Shown piece after piece: positions 12,839 to 24,635 of a stretch of DNA of 64,000 nucleotides. Below the pieces are notes generated by a model. That model had not been told where the DNA came from. It saw only the letters and a list, made by a program, of their open reading frames with translations, and ran no database searches. Within the stretch, counting starts at the first letter, position 1. Each line of letters opens with the position of its first letter. The position numbers and the translations under genes were made by a program. Source of the stretch: Thiobacillus sp. (GTDB taxonomy: Bacteria > Pseudomonadota > Gammaproteobacteria > Burkholderiales > Thiobacillaceae); NCBI GenBank assembly GCA_019459055.1, contig JAIBEI010000041.1, forward strand, positions 863 to 64,862. The letters are read 5' to 3'.

Positions 12839-13309
12839 TCAGGGCGCCAGGGCGCGTCCGAGGAACACCACCGCAATCGTCAGCAACCCCAGGCTGAGGT
12901 TGATGCCGATCAGCATGCGGATTTGCGCCAGCGCCGCGCCACCTGCTTTCCAGTTTTGCTCGCCGACCGCGCGCTTGAGTTTCTTGTAGGGAACGAAAAA
13001 CACCTGCGCGAAAATCAGCATCATCAGCACGCCGAGCGCCAGCATGGCCATGGCGTAGTGCGGTGCGGCCATGCCGCCGACCAGCGCCAGCATGTGCAGG
13101 CCGCTCAGCAGAATCAGCGCCACCGAGGCCCACACCCAGGGGAAGAACTTGCCGAACACGCCGGCCCACAGGGTGAGCCGTTGCGGCGGTTCGAGCACGC
13201 TGGCGGCCACCGGACGCAGTGCCATGTAGGCGAAGAACATGCCGCCGACCCAGACGACGACGCCCAACACATGCAGAAATAACGAGATATCCACGGGACT
13301 TCCTTTCAA
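12839..13309 (-). CDS. CopD-like / DUF2269-type small membrane protein (start may be GTG 13294)
   Basis: LHVLGVVVWVGGMFFAY followed by four hydrophobic helices. Confidence 0.75.
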   Translation of the reverse strand: MKGSPVDISLFLHVLGVVVWVGGMFFAYMALRPVAASVLEPPQRLTLWAGVFGKFFPWVWASVALILLSGLHMLALVGGMAAPHYAMAMLALGVLMMLIFAQVFFVPYKKLKRAVGEQNWKAGGAALAQIRMLIGINLSLGLLTIAVVFLGRALAP

Positions 13310-13340
13310 AACAAAACGGATTGATCAAGTACGACAGAGC

Positions 13341-13946
13341 CTATTTCAGCAGAAATAGGCTCTTAACCGGGGAAAAGCTTCTACGGTGCTGCGGGCAGGC
13401 GCCGTGCGCCTTCAATGCAGCCAGGTGCGCGGCGGTGCCGTAGCCCATGTGGCGGGCAAAGCCGTACATGGGGTAGTCCTCATGCAATCTGCACATGTAC
13501 TGATCGCGCGCGGTCTTGGCCAGGATCGAGGCGGCGGCGATCGCGGCCACCTTGTCGTCGCCTTTGACCACCGCCTGCGAGCGCCAAGCCCAGTTGGGGC
13601 AGCGGTTGCCATCGACCCAGACGTCTTCCGGCGGTATCCGCAAACCGTCGACGGCGCGCTGCATTGCCAACAGGGTCGCTTGCAGGATATTCAACTGGTC
13701 GATTTCAGCGACGCTGGCCTCGGCCACACACCAGGATACAGCGCGCAGGCGAATCTCGCCGGCCAGGCGCTCGCGCGCGGCGGCGCTAAGTTTCTTGGAG
13801 TCGCGCAGGCCAACGATCGGCTGTTCAGGATCGAGCATGACCGCCGCCGCCATCACCGGCCCCGCCAGCGGGCCGCGGCCGGCCTCGTCGACGCCGCACA
13901 GCCCGAGCGGTCCCACGTGCAGGATGACGGGCTGGCGCGGCGTCAT
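13341..13946 (-). CDS. rnhB: Ribonuclease HII
   Basis: [47 protein letters not shown] and HRRSFSPV. Confidence 0.96.
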   Translation of the reverse strand: MTPRQPVILHVGPLGLCGVDEAGRGPLAGPVMAAAVMLDPEQPIVGLRDSKKLSAAARERLAGEIRLRAVSWCVAEASVAEIDQLNILQATLLAMQRAVDGLRIPPEDVWVDGNRCPNWAWRSQAVVKGDDKVAAIAAASILAKTARDQYMCRLHEDYPMYGFARHMGYGTAAHLAALKAHGACPQHRRSFSPVKSLFLLK

Positions 13947-15073
13947 GCGCCCTCCAGGTAGGGCTGCACCGCCTCGGCGATGCGCACGCTGGCGTTCTGC
14001 CGCAGGCTCACGTGCATGGCGCGGAAGGTTTCGATGGCGGCGAGTTGGCGCGGCACGTCGTCCAGCCACGCCAGCGCGTCGTTTGCCAGGTTCTCCGGTG
14101 TGGCGGCTTCCTGCACCCGTTCCGGCACCACGAAATCGCGCGCCAGAATGTTCGGCAGGCCGATCCACGGCAGCAGCGCTTTCTTGCGCATCAGGGTTGC
14201 GGTGAGGGCGGGCACACGGTAGGTGATGACCATGGGTTTCTTGAACAGCGCGGCTTCGAGGGTGGCGGTGCCGGAGGCCACCAGCGCGACGTCGCACGCC
14301 GCCAGCGCAGTGTGCGACCGGCCATCCAGAATCTGCAGCGGAAGATCCAGTCCCTGCGCCGCCTGCCGGACCAGCCCCGCGGCGGCCGCGCTCGCGGCGG
14401 GTAGAACGAACTGCGCGTCGGGGTGGCGCCGGCGAATGCGCATCGCGGCGTCGAGCATCAGCCGCGCATGCCGCGCCACCTCGGACAGCCGGCTGCCCGG
14501 CAGCAGCGCGATGACCGGGTCGGCTGCCAGTCCCAGCGCCAACCGTGCTGCGGCGGGATCGGGTTCAAGCGGAATCACGTCGGCCAGCGGATGACCAACG
14601 TAGGTGACCGGGATGCCGGCGTCGCGGTAGATCGCTTCCTCGAACGGAAACACAACCAGCATGTGCGACACCGCCTGCCCGATGCGATGGATGCGCTCGG
14701 GCCGCCACGCCCAGATCGACGGGCTGACGAAATGCACGGTGGGGATGCCGGCCTGCTTGAGCCGGGCTTCCAGCGTGAAGTTGAAATCCGGCGCGTCGAT
14801 GCCGACGAAGACGCGCGGCCGTTCGCGCAAAAAATAGCGGGCGATGCGCGAACGGATCCACAGCAGTTCGGGCAGGTGGCGCAGCACCTCGACGTAACCG
14901 TTGACCGCGAGTTTGTCGCTCGGGTAGATCGCTTCGACCCCGGTTTCGATCATGCGCGGGCCGGCGATTCCGGCGGCGTGCAAACGGGGATGATCATGTT
15001 TCAGCGCGTCAATGAAATGCGCGCCGAGGAGATCGCCGGACGCTTCGCCGGCAATCACGCCCAGATCGATCAC
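13943..15073 (-). CDS. lpxB: Lipid-A-disaccharide synthase
   Basis: [34 protein letters not shown] and VASGTATLE. Confidence 0.96.
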   Translation of the reverse strand: MIDLGVIAGEASGDLLGAHFIDALKHDHPRLHAAGIAGPRMIETGVEAIYPSDKLAVNGYVEVLRHLPELLWIRSRIARYFLRERPRVFVGIDAPDFNFTLEARLKQAGIPTVHFVSPSIWAWRPERIHRIGQAVSHMLVVFPFEEAIYRDAGIPVTYVGHPLADVIPLEPDPAAARLALGLAADPVIALLPGSRLSEVARHARLMLDAAMRIRRRHPDAQFVLPAASAAAAGLVRQAAQGLDLPLQILDGRSHTALAACDVALVASGTATLEAALFKKPMVITYRVPALTATLMRKKALLPWIGLPNILARDFVVPERVQEAATPENLANDALAWLDDVPRQLAAIETFRAMHVSLRQNASVRIAEAVQPYLEGA

Positions 15074-15840
15074 CGGATGATGCCGCGCTCGGCATGCGCG
15101 AGAAAATCGAGCAGCTGCTGCACTTCGGCATGATTCGACGCTTCCGCTGCGAGTTTGGCCTTTGCCTCGGCGAGCGTGTTGCCTTCGCGATAGAGAATCT
15201 TGTAGGCGCGTTTCAGCGCGGCCAGCGCCTCGGCTGAAAACCCGCGCCGCTTGAGGCCTTCGCTATTGAGGCCGTGCGGCGCAGCGGGCTGACCGGACGC
15301 CATGATGAAGGGCGGGATGTCCTTGAACACCACGCTGGAGATGCCGGTCATCACGTGGGCGCCGACCTTGCAGAACTGGTGCACGCCGGTGAAGCCGCCG
15401 AGGATCGCCCAGTCGCCGACTTCGGCGTGCCCCGCCAGCGAGGCATTGTTGGCGAAGATGGTGCGGTCGCCCACCACGCAGTCGTGCGCGATGTGGACGT
15501 AGGCCATGATCCAGTTGTGGCTGCCGATCGTAGTCACGCCACGATCCTGCACGGTGCCGGTATTGAAGGTGCAGAACTCGCGAATCACGTTGTGGTCGCC
15601 GATTTCCAGCCGCGTCGGCTCGCCGGCGTATTTTTTGTCCTGCGGCACCTCGCCGAGCGAGACGAAATGGAAGATCTGGTTGTGCGCACCGATTCTGGTA
15701 TGGCCGGTGATCACGGCATGGGCGCCGACCGTGGTGCCGGCGCCGATCTCGACGTGTTCGCCAATGATCGTATAAGGCCCGATTTCGACGCCGTCGGCCA
15801 GCCGGGCGCCCGCGGCGACCAGCGCGGTGGGGTGAATCAT
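15070..15840 (-). CDS. lpxA: UDP-N-acetylglucosamine acyltransferase
   Basis: MIHPTALV, hexapeptide repeats, GEVPQDKKY, IREFCT, MAYVHIAHDC and NSEGLKRRGF. Confidence 0.97.
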   Translation of the reverse strand: MIHPTALVAAGARLADGVEIGPYTIIGEHVEIGAGTTVGAHAVITGHTRIGAHNQIFHFVSLGEVPQDKKYAGEPTRLEIGDHNVIREFCTFNTGTVQDRGVTTIGSHNWIMAYVHIAHDCVVGDRTIFANNASLAGHAEVGDWAILGGFTGVHQFCKVGAHVMTGISSVVFKDIPPFIMASGQPAAPHGLNSEGLKRRGFSAEALAALKRAYKILYREGNTLAEAKAKLAAEASNHAEVQQLLDFLAHAERGIIR

Positions 15841-15850
15841 CCTGGAAACC

Positions 15851-16087
15851 TCAGCTGGACGCGCCCAATGGCGCGTCTGGGTGGGTGGATGCCGCGAAGC
15901 GAGGAGGCAGCAGGCCACTGCCTGCAACGATGAGCGAGAGCGGAGTCGTTGCCGCTTTAGCGGCTTTACGAATCCGGCCTACTCCTTGCAGGTACAAAGG
16001 CAGACACACAGCCAGGCGTGCCAGTGGGTGTGTAGCGGATTCAACCTGCCTGCGATTTTGGACGAAGGCAGAAAACTCAGTAGTCAT
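15851..16087 (-). CDS. Possible 78-aa small ORF in the fabZ-lpxA spacer (may be a by-product of a repeat element)
   Basis: ATG preceded by GGGAG about 5 nt upstream, on the operon strand. No recognisable domain; it overlaps a REP-like hairpin. Confidence 0.25.
   Translation of the reverse strand: MTTEFSAFVQNRRQVESATHPLARLAVCLPLYLQGVGRIRKAAKAATTPLSLIVAGSGLLPPRFAASTHPDAPLGASS
15941..15982 (-). repeat. GTAG-footed REP-like branched hairpin, copy 1
   Basis: The minus strand reads GTAGGCCGGATTCGTAAAGCCGCTAAAGCGGCAACGACTCCG; 30/35 identical over the core to 50727-50768. Confidence 0.8.
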
Positions 16088-16143
16088 GAGAACTCCCTGG
16101 CGGAAATGAGCGGTCAACTGGGGTTTTCAGGATGAGTGCCATG

Positions 16144-16587
16144 TCAGGGCTTGTCGCGCAGGGTGGCCATCAGTTCGGCTTCGGCCACCAGAACGCCACC
16201 CACTTCGGCCCGTCCGGTGTATTTCCAGATGCCGCGCATCTCGCGCACGATGTTGATCTTGAGCACCAGCTGGTCGCCTGGCTTGACCGGCTTCTTGAAG
16301 CGCGCGCCGTCGATGCCGGCGAAGTAGACGATGCCGATATCTTCCGGCGCGATGTTCTTGGTCTTGAAGGACAGGATCGCCGCCGCCTGGGCCATCGCTT
16401 CCAGGATCAGCACGCCCGGCATCACCGGCGCGCCGGGGAAGTGGCCGGGGAAAAACGGTTCGTTGATGGTGACATTCTTGATCGCGGTGATGGTTTTGCC
16501 GATCTCCATCTCGATGACCCGGTCGATCAGCAGAAAGGGGTAGCGATGCGGCAGGTACTGCATCACCTGCTCGATTTCCATGATCAT
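16144..16587 (-). CDS. fabZ: 3-hydroxyacyl-ACP dehydratase
   Basis: [28 protein letters not shown] and [13 protein letters not shown]. Confidence 0.97.
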   Translation of the reverse strand: MIMEIEQVMQYLPHRYPFLLIDRVIEMEIGKTITAIKNVTINEPFFPGHFPGAPVMPGVLILEAMAQAAAILSFKTKNIAPEDIGIVYFAGIDGARFKKPVKPGDQLVLKINIVREMRGIWKYTGRAEVGGVLVAEAELMATLRDKP

Positions 16588-17615
16588 GATTTGCTTTCCA
16601 GTTCGTTGAGGCGTTTTTCGAGCTGCTTGACGCGGTTGACCAGTTTGTCGAGGTTGCGCATGTGGACGGCGTTTTTCTGCCAGACCTCGTGTTCGGTGAA
16701 CGGCGGGGCCGAGGTGTAGGTGCCCGCCTTCGGTAGCGATTTGGTGATCAGGGTGTTGGTCGAGATGCGGGTGCCGTCGGCGATCTCGATATGGCCGAAA
16801 ATCATCGCCGCGCCGCCGATCATGCAATGGCGGCCGATCTTCGCGCTGCCCGCGATGCCGGTGCAGGCCGCGATCACGGTATGCGCACCGATCGTCACGT
16901 TATGCGCGACCTGGACCAGATTGTCGAGCTTGACGCCTTCCTCGATCACCGTGTCTTCCAGTGCGCCGCGGTCGATGGTGGTGCAGGCGCCGACCTCGAC
17001 GTCGTCGCCGATCAGCACGCGGCCGATCTGCGGGATTTTTTCCCAGCGGCCGTCGCTCGGCGCGAAGCCGAAGCCGTCGGAGCCGATGACGCATGCCGAA
17101 TGCAGGATGGCGCGGTCGCCCACTTCGCAGCGGTGGTAGACAGTGACATTGGCGTGCAGCAGGCAATCGGCGCCGACGCGGGCATGGTCGCCGACCACGC
17201 AGTTGGGGCCGATCACGGTGCGGGCACCAACGTGCGCGCCGCTGCCGATCACGGCGCCAGCTGCGATGCTGGCGTCGACGGCGATCTCCGCGTCCGGCGC
17301 GACCGTCGCCGCGGGATGAACCCCCGCAGGCGGGCGCGGCGGCGGATTCAGCAGGGCCGAGACGCGCGCAAAATAGAGGTAGGGATTGGGCGTGAGGATG
17401 CGCGGCAGGTCGGTGGCGTCACCTGCATCCGCCGGCAGAATGACCGCACCCGCGCGGGTGCTCGCCAGTTGGGAGAGATACTTTTCCTGCGAGACGAAGC
17501 CGATTTCGTCAGGCGTGGCGCGATCCAGCGGCGCAACCTGACGCACCGTCTGCGCGCCATCGCCCACGAGTTCCCCGCCAAAACGGGCGACCAGCGCTGC
17601 CAGCGTTACAGCCAT
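16584..17615 (-). CDS. lpxD: UDP-3-O-acyl-glucosamine N-acyltransferase
   Basis: NPYLYFARV, hexapeptide repeats, [29 protein letters not shown] and [12 protein letters not shown]. Confidence 0.97.
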   Translation of the reverse strand: MAVTLAALVARFGGELVGDGAQTVRQVAPLDRATPDEIGFVSQEKYLSQLASTRAGAVILPADAGDATDLPRILTPNPYLYFARVSALLNPPPRPPAGVHPAATVAPDAEIAVDASIAAGAVIGSGAHVGARTVIGPNCVVGDHARVGADCLLHANVTVYHRCEVGDRAILHSACVIGSDGFGFAPSDGRWEKIPQIGRVLIGDDVEVGACTTIDRGALEDTVIEEGVKLDNLVQVAHNVTIGAHTVIAACTGIAGSAKIGRHCMIGGAAMIFGHIEIADGTRISTNTLITKSLPKAGTYTSAPPFTEHEVWQKNAVHMRNLDKLVNRVKQLEKRLNELESKS

Positions 17616-17680
17616 AGGATGGGTTTACTTTCCGCAAAAGGTTTATTTCCATGCCGGCGCTGTTTCCGCGCCGGCTTGTT

Positions 17681-18184
17681 TTATTTCCCGCCCAGCGCCT
17701 TCATCACCCGGTCGGTGATGTCGTTTTTTGGGTCGACATAAACCGCCTGCTCGATGACCAGATCGAATTTCTCGGCGCGCGCAATCTCCTGAATCGCCTT
17801 GCGTGCACGCTCCTGGATCTGTCCCAGTTCTTCGTTGCGGCGCAGGTTGAGGTCTTCGCGGAACTCGCGCCCCTGGCGCTGCAGATCGCGGTTGAGGTTG
17901 CCGAGGTCGCGCTCCTTCACCTTGCGCTCGCTGTCCGACATGGTCACGCCGTCCTTGTCGAGCTGTGTCTGCAGGTCGCGCGCCTGCTTGGCGAGTTTCT
18001 GCAATTCCTGATCGCGCGCGGCGAATTCGCGCTCCAGCTTCTTCTGCGCGGCGACCGACAGCGGGGCTTCGCGCAACAGCTTTTCGGTATTGACGAAACC
18101 GATCTTGGTATTGGCCAGGGCGGGGGCGGCCGCAAAAGCGGACGCCAGAATCAGGGAAACTGCAATTTGCTTGAATTTCATCAT
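17681..18184 (-). CDS. skp: Periplasmic chaperone Skp/OmpH
   Basis: Signal peptide, KIGFVNTEKLLRE and coiled coil; located between bamA and lpxD. Confidence 0.93.
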   Translation of the reverse strand: MMKFKQIAVSLILASAFAAAPALANTKIGFVNTEKLLREAPLSVAAQKKLEREFAARDQELQKLAKQARDLQTQLDKDGVTMSDSERKVKERDLGNLNRDLQRQGREFREDLNLRRNEELGQIQERARKAIQEIARAEKFDLVIEQAVYVDPKNDITDRVMKALGGK

Positions 18185-18209
18185 CAAATACTCCGGTAAC
18201 GGCTGACCC

Positions 18210-20519
18210 TTAGAACACATTGCCAAGGGTGAATTGGAACACTTCGGTCTTGTCGCCATCCTTCTCGACGAGCGGTTGCGCCAGACTGAATTTGAGCGGG
18301 CCGAGCGGCGAAACCCACAAAATCGCCACCCCTGCCGAATAGCGCAAATCCTCGAAGGCAAATTTTTCGTACAGGCCATTTTGATCTCTCGGGCCGAAGG
18401 CGGCACCGGCATCGATAAAGGCCGACATGCGCAGCGACTGGTCGTCCTTGAGTCCCGGCAGGGGGAAGAAGAGTTCCGCATTGCCGATCACGCGCGTGTC
18501 GCCGCCGAGCGCATCTTCGTTGGCATCCTTCGGGCCCAGCGTGCCGTTTTCAAAGCCGCGCACCGAACTGGTGCCGCCCGCATAGAAGTTCTTGAAGAAG
18601 GGCAATGGCTTGCCCGACAGGCCATCGCCGATTCCTGCTTCAGCGTTCAGCATGAGGGTGAAGCGTTTGCTAAGCGGGAAAAACTGCTGGTGCTGGAAAG
18701 ACAGCTTGTAGTACTGCAGGCTGCCGAGCGGCGTGCCGACTTCAGCCGCCGCCCGCTGGAATACGCCCTTGGTCGGAAACAGGAAGCTGTTGCGGGTGTC
18801 ACGCGACCAGGAAGTGTCGAGACGAACCGTGTCGTTGTCCTCTCCGAATTCCTGGACGAAATCGTATTGCACGCCGCTGGTTGCTGTGGTGGTGAGCGAA
18901 GTCTGCTCGTACGTCAGGCCAAACGAGATGAAGTCGCGCTCATTGATCGGCAGACCTAGGCGCGCGCCGGCACCGATGGTGGATGTCTTGTATTCCGCGA
19001 CGTCGTCGAGCTCGGTCGCATCGACGTCGCGCCGGTACAGATCGTAGCCCAGGCTGATGCCGTCGATGGTGTAGTAGGGGTTGGTGTACGACAGCGAATA
19101 CACGGTGTTGACGCTGCCCGAGTTGATCTGCGCCGTCAGCCGGTTGCCGGTGCCGAAGACGTTGGCCTGCGACACCGAACCCGATAGCACCAGGCCTTCG
19201 GACGACGAGAAACCCGCGCCCAGCATGATGTTGCCGGTCGACTTTTCGGCCACACTGACATTGACGTCGACCTGGTCGGTGGTGCCGGCCACGCTCGGCG
19301 TTTCGATGTTGACTTCGTTGAAGTAGCCCAGGCGGTTCAGTCGCTCGCGCGAGCGGTTGATCTTTTCGGCGTCGTAATAGGCGCCTTCCATCTGCCGGAT
19401 TTCGCGGCGCACCACTTCATCGCGGGTCTTGGCGTTGCCCGCGACGTTGACCCGGTTCACGTAGACGCGGCGGCCGGGATCGATGAACAGGGTGAAGGCG
19501 ACCGTCTGCTTCTCCTTGTCGAGTTCGGGCACCGCATTGACGTTGGCAAACGCATACCCGTCGTTGCCGAGACGGTCGCCGATTTTCTTGGTGGTCTCGG
19601 TCAGGCGATCACGCACGAACACCTCGCCCGGCTTGATGGTGACGAGCTTCTGCAGCTCGGCCTCGGGCACCAGCATCTGCCCCGCCAACTTGACATCGGA
19701 CACCGTGTATTGCGGGCCCTCGGTGACGTTGACGGTGATGTAGATGCCCTGTTTGTCGGGCGAAATCGACACCTGGGTGGAGTCGACATTGAACTCGAGG
19801 TAGCCGCGGTTGAGGTAGAACGAACGTAGCGCCTCGATGTCGCCGGCCAGCCGCGTTTTGGAATACTGGTCGCTCTTGGTGTACCAGGTCAGCCAGCCCG
19901 GGGTGGTGGAGCTGAACTCTTTCAGCAATTCCTTTTCCTTGAAGTCCCGATTGCCGACGATGTTGATCTGCCGGATCTTGGCGCTGTCGCCCTCCACCAC
20001 GTCGAACTGCACGGCGACCCGGTTGCGCTCCAGCGGCGTCAGCGTGGACTTGATTTCCACCGCATACTTGCCGCGGTTGAAGTACTGCCGCTGCAGTTCC
20101 TGTTCCGCCTTGTCGAGCATGGCGCGGTCGAGCACGCGGCCTTCGGCCAGGCCGGTCTGCTTGAGGCCGGCCTTCAGGTCATCCGCGGAAAACTCCTTGA
20201 TGCCTTTAAGGGTGATGGTGGCGATCGAAGGGCGCTCTTCAACGGTGACGATCACCACGCCGTCGCTCGCCTCCAGCCGCACATCCTTGAAAAATCCGGT
20301 GGCGTAGAGCGCCTTGATTGCCGCCGCGGTTTTCTCGTCGGTCATCATCTCGCCGACCTTGATCGGCAGGTAGCTGAATACCGTTCCCGCCTCGGTGCGC
20401 TGGATGCCTTCGACCCGGATGTCCTTGACGACGAAGGGCTCCCCGGCGAACAGGGGTTGTGCCGCAAATACAGCAGCAAGGGCAAGCGTCAAACGGCTCA
20501 GGGTCATGGTTGTGGTCAT
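18210..20519 (-). CDS. bamA: Outer membrane protein assembly factor BamA
   Basis: FVVKDIRVEGIQRTE POTRA repeats, FYAGGTSSVRGF, WVSPLGPLKFS and the C-terminal FQFTLGNVF. Confidence 0.97.
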   Translation of the reverse strand: MTTTMTLSRLTLALAAVFAAQPLFAGEPFVVKDIRVEGIQRTEAGTVFSYLPIKVGEMMTDEKTAAAIKALYATGFFKDVRLEASDGVVIVTVEERPSIATITLKGIKEFSADDLKAGLKQTGLAEGRVLDRAMLDKAEQELQRQYFNRGKYAVEIKSTLTPLERNRVAVQFDVVEGDSAKIRQINIVGNRDFKEKELLKEFSSTTPGWLTWYTKSDQYSKTRLAGDIEALRSFYLNRGYLEFNVDSTQVSISPDKQGIYITVNVTEGPQYTVSDVKLAGQMLVPEAELQKLVTIKPGEVFVRDRLTETTKKIGDRLGNDGYAFANVNAVPELDKEKQTVAFTLFIDPGRRVYVNRVNVAGNAKTRDEVVRREIRQMEGAYYDAEKINRSRERLNRLGYFNEVNIETPSVAGTTDQVDVNVSVAEKSTGNIMLGAGFSSSEGLVLSGSVSQANVFGTGNRLTAQINSGSVNTVYSLSYTNPYYTIDGISLGYDLYRRDVDATELDDVAEYKTSTIGAGARLGLPINERDFISFGLTYEQTSLTTTATSGVQYDFVQEFGEDNDTVRLDTSWSRDTRNSFLFPTKGVFQRAAAEVGTPLGSLQYYKLSFQHQQFFPLSKRFTLMLNAEAGIGDGLSGKPLPFFKNFYAGGTSSVRGFENGTLGPKDANEDALGGDTRVIGNAELFFPLPGLKDDQSLRMSAFIDAGAAFGPRDQNGLYEKFAFEDLRYSAGVAILWVSPLGPLKFSLAQPLVEKDGDKTEVFQFTLGNVF

Positions 20520-21868
20520 CCGCCTATCAGGCGTTGCAAATCGTTGAACAGGGCAAACGACATCAGCAGCAGCAAAAGAATCATGCCGATCCGGCTGCCG
20601 ATTTCCATGGTGCGTTCGGACACCGGGCGACCGGTGAAAACTTCGGCCACATAATACATGAGGTGCCCGCCATCCAGCAGCGGGATGGGCAGCAGATTGA
20701 GCACGCCCAGGCTCACGCTCACCAGCGCCAGAAAGCCGACAAAACTGATCCAGCCGAGGGCGGCGCTCTGCCCCGCGTAGTCGGCGATGGTCAGCGGGCC
20801 GGACAGGTTCTTCCACGACACCTGGCCCATCACCATGCGCCCCATCATCTCCAGCGTGAACAGGCTCATGTCCCAGGTCTTGACGGCGCCACGCCACAGT
20901 GCATCGATCGGACCGTAGCGCACTTCGGTCATCAGCATGGCCAGCGTCGATTCATCGATTTTGGGGCCGGCGCCGATCTTGCCGACGCGCTCGCCGGCTT
21001 CCTCCACCGCGTCGGGAACGACGGTCAGCACACCCCGCTGCCCTTGCCGCTCGTATTCGATGCGCAAGGGCTTGGCCGGGTGCTGGCGAACCGATCGCAC
21101 CAGGTCCTGCCAGTTCGCCATCGACGTGCCGTTGGCGGCGATCACCCGGTCGCCTGCCCGCAAACCTGCGCGCGCGGCGGCACCGTCCGGCACCACCTTG
21201 TCGATGACCGGCTCGATCTCCGGGTCGTAATGCACGATGCCCAGCGGGCGCAGGACGTCCTGCTCCAGATTCTCGGTCTGCATCGGCGCGGCATCGAGCC
21301 GCACGCTATGGCCGTTCGCCAGCTCCAGCACAAGCGCGTCACCCGCCACGCCCGCGCGCAGAAGATTCAACCGCAAATCCTGGAACGACTGCGTCTCGTT
21401 GCCGTTGACACGACGGATCTCGTCGCCCGCCGCCAGACCGGCCTGCGCCGCCGGGGTGCCGGCGGGCGGCTCGCCGATCATCGGCTTCATCGCCGGCAGT
21501 CCATGCAGGAACAGCGCCCAATAAAACACGATGGCGAGCAGGAAGTTGGCGATCGGCCCTGCCGCAACGATGCCGAAGCGCCGCCACACGGTGGCGCGGT
21601 TGAAGCTGCGGTGCGCCTCCGCGGCCGGCACTTCGCCCTCGCGCTCGTCGAGCATCTTGACGTAACCGCCGAATGGCAGCGCGGACAGCACCCACTCGGT
21701 CCGGTCACGGCCGAAACGGCGGCTGAGCAGGGGCTTGCCGAAACCCACCGAGAAGCGCAGTACCTTGACGCCGGCCAGCCGCGCCGCGAGGTAATGGCCG
21801 AATTCGTGCACCACCACCAGAGTGCCGATGGCAATGAGAAACCAGAGAATCGTAGTCAGCACGCTCAT
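20516..21868 (-). CDS. rseP: RIP metalloprotease RseP
   Basis: VVHEFGHY (HEXXH), PDZ domains and [13 protein letters not shown]. Confidence 0.96.
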   Translation of the reverse strand: MSVLTTILWFLIAIGTLVVVHEFGHYLAARLAGVKVLRFSVGFGKPLLSRRFGRDRTEWVLSALPFGGYVKMLDEREGEVPAAEAHRSFNRATVWRRFGIVAAGPIANFLLAIVFYWALFLHGLPAMKPMIGEPPAGTPAAQAGLAAGDEIRRVNGNETQSFQDLRLNLLRAGVAGDALVLELANGHSVRLDAAPMQTENLEQDVLRPLGIVHYDPEIEPVIDKVVPDGAAARAGLRAGDRVIAANGTSMANWQDLVRSVRQHPAKPLRIEYERQGQRGVLTVVPDAVEEAGERVGKIGAGPKIDESTLAMLMTEVRYGPIDALWRGAVKTWDMSLFTLEMMGRMVMGQVSWKNLSGPLTIADYAGQSAALGWISFVGFLALVSVSLGVLNLLPIPLLDGGHLMYYVAEVFTGRPVSERTMEIGSRIGMILLLLLMSFALFNDLQRLIGG

Positions 21869-23064
21869 CCCTGAACCCGATCAAGGTATATTCCGGCCAC
21901 GCCGCGCGCCTGCCGGTCGGCTTCAAGCAACTCGTCCAGCGTATCGGCCGCCCCGCCCGCCAGCGTGTCGAGCGTGTGGGCAATGCTGGCGGCGATGGCG
22001 GAAAACGGCACCGCGCCGTCAAGAAAGCGCGCGACCGCCACTTCGTTGGCCGCGTTCAGCACCGCTGCCGCGCTGCCCCCCGCGGCGAGCGCGTCGAACG
22101 CCAGCTGCAGGCAGGGGAAGCGCGCGGTGTCGGGTGTTTCGAAGGTGAGCTGGCGGCCGATCAGCTCGAGTGCTGAGACGCCCGCATCGATGCGCTCGGG
22201 AAAGCCCAGCGCATAGGCGATCGGCGTGCGCATGTCGGGCGTGCCCATCTGCGCGATCACCGAGCCGTCGGCGTATTCGACCATCGAATGCACGATGCTC
22301 TGCGGATGCACCACCACCTTGATCTGCTCGGGGCGCGCGTTGAACAGCCAGCGCGCCTCGATCACTTCGAGCCCCTTGTTCATCAGGCTCGCCGAATCGA
22401 CCGAGATCTTCCTGCCCATCACCCAGTTGGGGTGCGCCACCGCCTGCGCCGGGGTCGCCGCGGCGATCGCTTCAGCCGACAAGGTGCGGAACGGGCCGCC
22501 GGATGCGGTGAGCCACAGCGCCTTCACCCCGGCCTGCTGGAAGTCGCCGCTGAAGTCGCGCGGCAATGCCTGAAAGATGGCGTTGTGCTCGGAGTCGATC
22601 GGCAGCAGTTCGGCGCCGCTGGCGGCGATGGCGTCCATGAACAGTTGACCGGACACCACCAGGGTTTCCTTGTTGGCAAGCAGGATGCGCTTGCCCGCCT
22701 GCGCGGCCGCCAGCGTGGCCGGCAGCCCGGCGGCGCCGACGATCGCCGCCATCAGGGTGTCGACCTCGGGCGCGGTCGCCACCTCGATCAGGGCGGCGGC
22801 GCCTTCGAGCACCGTCACCGGAAGTTTCTCTTCGGCAATCCGCGCGCGCAGGACAGCGGCCGTGGCCGGCTCGCTCATCACCGCAAAGCGCGGGCGATGG
22901 GTGCGGCACTGCTCGAGCATGCGTTCGACTTGCGTGGCGCCGGTCAGCGCGAAGACTTCGAAACGATCGGGGTGGCGCGCCACCACATCGAGCGTGTTGA
23001 CGCCGATGGTGCCGGTGGCGCCGAGGATGGTGAGGACGCGCGGTTTCATGCCGCTTGCAGTCAT
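21865..23064 (-). CDS. dxr: 1-deoxy-D-xylulose-5-phosphate reductoisomerase
   Basis: [44 protein letters not shown] and [10 protein letters not shown]. Confidence 0.97.
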   Translation of the reverse strand: MTASGMKPRVLTILGATGTIGVNTLDVVARHPDRFEVFALTGATQVERMLEQCRTHRPRFAVMSEPATAAVLRARIAEEKLPVTVLEGAAALIEVATAPEVDTLMAAIVGAAGLPATLAAAQAGKRILLANKETLVVSGQLFMDAIAASGAELLPIDSEHNAIFQALPRDFSGDFQQAGVKALWLTASGGPFRTLSAEAIAAATPAQAVAHPNWVMGRKISVDSASLMNKGLEVIEARWLFNARPEQIKVVVHPQSIVHSMVEYADGSVIAQMGTPDMRTPIAYALGFPERIDAGVSALELIGRQLTFETPDTARFPCLQLAFDALAAGGSAAAVLNAANEVAVARFLDGAVPFSAIAASIAHTLDTLAGGAADTLDELLEADRQARGVAGIYLDRVQG

Positions 23065-23867
23065 GCTGAACGCTCCAGCCACATCAGCAGGCCGGTGGCA
23101 ATCGGCAGGGTGGACGTCAGGGCGTCGATGCGGTCGAGCACCCCGCCATGGCCGGGCAGCATGTTGCCGCTGTCCTTCATGCCCGAGAGACGCTTGATCC
23201 AGGATTCGAACAGGTCGCCCAGCACCGACAGATACAGCAGGCCCGACACCATGATCAGCAGCGACAGCAGTGGCATTCCGACCACCGCGCTCAGGACCGC
23301 CGCATACAGCGCGACGGCAACGAGCGCGCCCGCCACGCCTTCCCAGGTCTTGCCGGGGCTGATGACGGGCGCGAGCTTGTGGCGACCGAAGTGACGCCCC
23401 GCAAAATAAGCGGCGGTGTCGGCAATCCAGACGATCGCCATCACACCCAGCAGCACGCCGGGGCCGCGCGCATGCAGATACAGCAATGCCGCCCAGGTCG
23501 GCAGCAGCACCGCCACGCCGACCACGGCCCGCACGAAGGGATGCGCCGCATGCCAACGGCCCAGCAGCCACAGCGGCGCGACCAGCAGCCAGAATACGGC
23601 GGCCAGCAGAATCAGCGCGGTCTGGTAGCCCGGCCAGTCCGCGCCCAGCACCTGGGGCAAGGCCAGCGCGCACAGCGTCAGCAGCACCGCATAGGCGCGC
23701 GCGGACAGCGGCGGAAAACGACTCAGGCGCGCCCATTCATAGGCGGCCATGCCGATCAGCCCGGCCATCAGGATCGCCCACAGCCACGCAGGCGCCCACA
23801 GCACGGCCGGCACGAACACGGCCAGCAACAGTGCGGCGGTAAGCACCCGTCTGAAAAGAGGCGTCAT
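23061..23867 (-). CDS. cdsA: Phosphatidate cytidylyltransferase
   Basis: [20 protein letters not shown] and [18 protein letters not shown]. Confidence 0.96.
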   Translation of the reverse strand: MTPLFRRVLTAALLLAVFVPAVLWAPAWLWAILMAGLIGMAAYEWARLSRFPPLSARAYAVLLTLCALALPQVLGADWPGYQTALILLAAVFWLLVAPLWLLGRWHAAHPFVRAVVGVAVLLPTWAALLYLHARGPGVLLGVMAIVWIADTAAYFAGRHFGRHKLAPVISPGKTWEGVAGALVAVALYAAVLSAVVGMPLLSLLIMVSGLLYLSVLGDLFESWIKRLSGMKDSGNMLPGHGGVLDRIDALTSTLPIATGLLMWLERSA

Positions 23868-23889
23868 GAATGCAGTCCCCGGCTGGCCG

Positions 23890-24633
23890 TCACGACACGG
23901 GCCGAACCTGTTCGCTGGTGCGGCCAAAGCGGCGTTCGCGGCTGCGGTAGGAGACGATCGCCTCATCCAGCGCCGCCGCGTCGAAGTCGGGCCACAGCGC
24001 GTCGGTGAAATACAGTTCGGTGTAGGCCAGCTGCCACAGCAGGAAATTGCTGATGCGCTGCTCGCCCCCGGTGCGGATGAACAGATCCGGCTCGGGCGCT
24101 TCGGCCATGCTGAGCTGCTGCACCAGCGCGGTTTCATCCACATCTTCCGCCGCCACCCCCGCCGCAATCAGCTTTTTCACCGCCTGCACGATGTCCCAGC
24201 GCCCGCCGTAATTGGCGGCCACAGTGAAGGTCAGGCGGGTGTTGTCGCGGGTCAGCGCCTCGGCGTCGCGAATCAGGGCCTGGATGCGCGCGGAAAATCC
24301 AGACAGGTCACCGATGACGCGAAAGCGGATGTCGTTTTCGTGCAGCCGCGCGACTTCATTCTCCAGCGCGCGCATGAACAGTTCCATCAGCAGGGTGACC
24401 TCTTCCTGCGGACGCCGCCAGTTTTCCGAACTGAAGGCAAAAACCGTGAGATGCGACACGCCGCGCTCGGCGCAGGCGCGGATCACCCCGCGCAGCGCCT
24501 CGACGCCCTTGCGGTGTCCGGCCACGCGCGGCATCAGCCGCCGCTTCGCCCAGCGGCCGTTGCCATCCATGATGATGGCGATGTGCCGCGGCACATCGAT
24601 GGTTTGCTTCGCCAGGGTGGACACGCCGGACAT
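23890..24633 (-). CDS. uppS: Undecaprenyl diphosphate synthase
   Basis: [24 protein letters not shown] and [16 protein letters not shown]. Confidence 0.97.
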   Translation of the reverse strand: MSGVSTLAKQTIDVPRHIAIIMDGNGRWAKRRLMPRVAGHRKGVEALRGVIRACAERGVSHLTVFAFSSENWRRPQEEVTLLMELFMRALENEVARLHENDIRFRVIGDLSGFSARIQALIRDAEALTRDNTRLTFTVAANYGGRWDIVQAVKKLIAAGVAAEDVDETALVQQLSMAEAPEPDLFIRTGGEQRISNFLLWQLAYTELYFTDALWPDFDAAALDEAIVSYRSRERRFGRTSEQVRPVS

Positions 24634-24635
24634 GC

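Noticed and set aside
15941-16050. c-di-GMP-I riboswitch (CCGGCCTA-like motif)
   Set aside because: It lacks the GGCAAAC / GNRA-receptor architecture and is better explained as a GTAG REP end.
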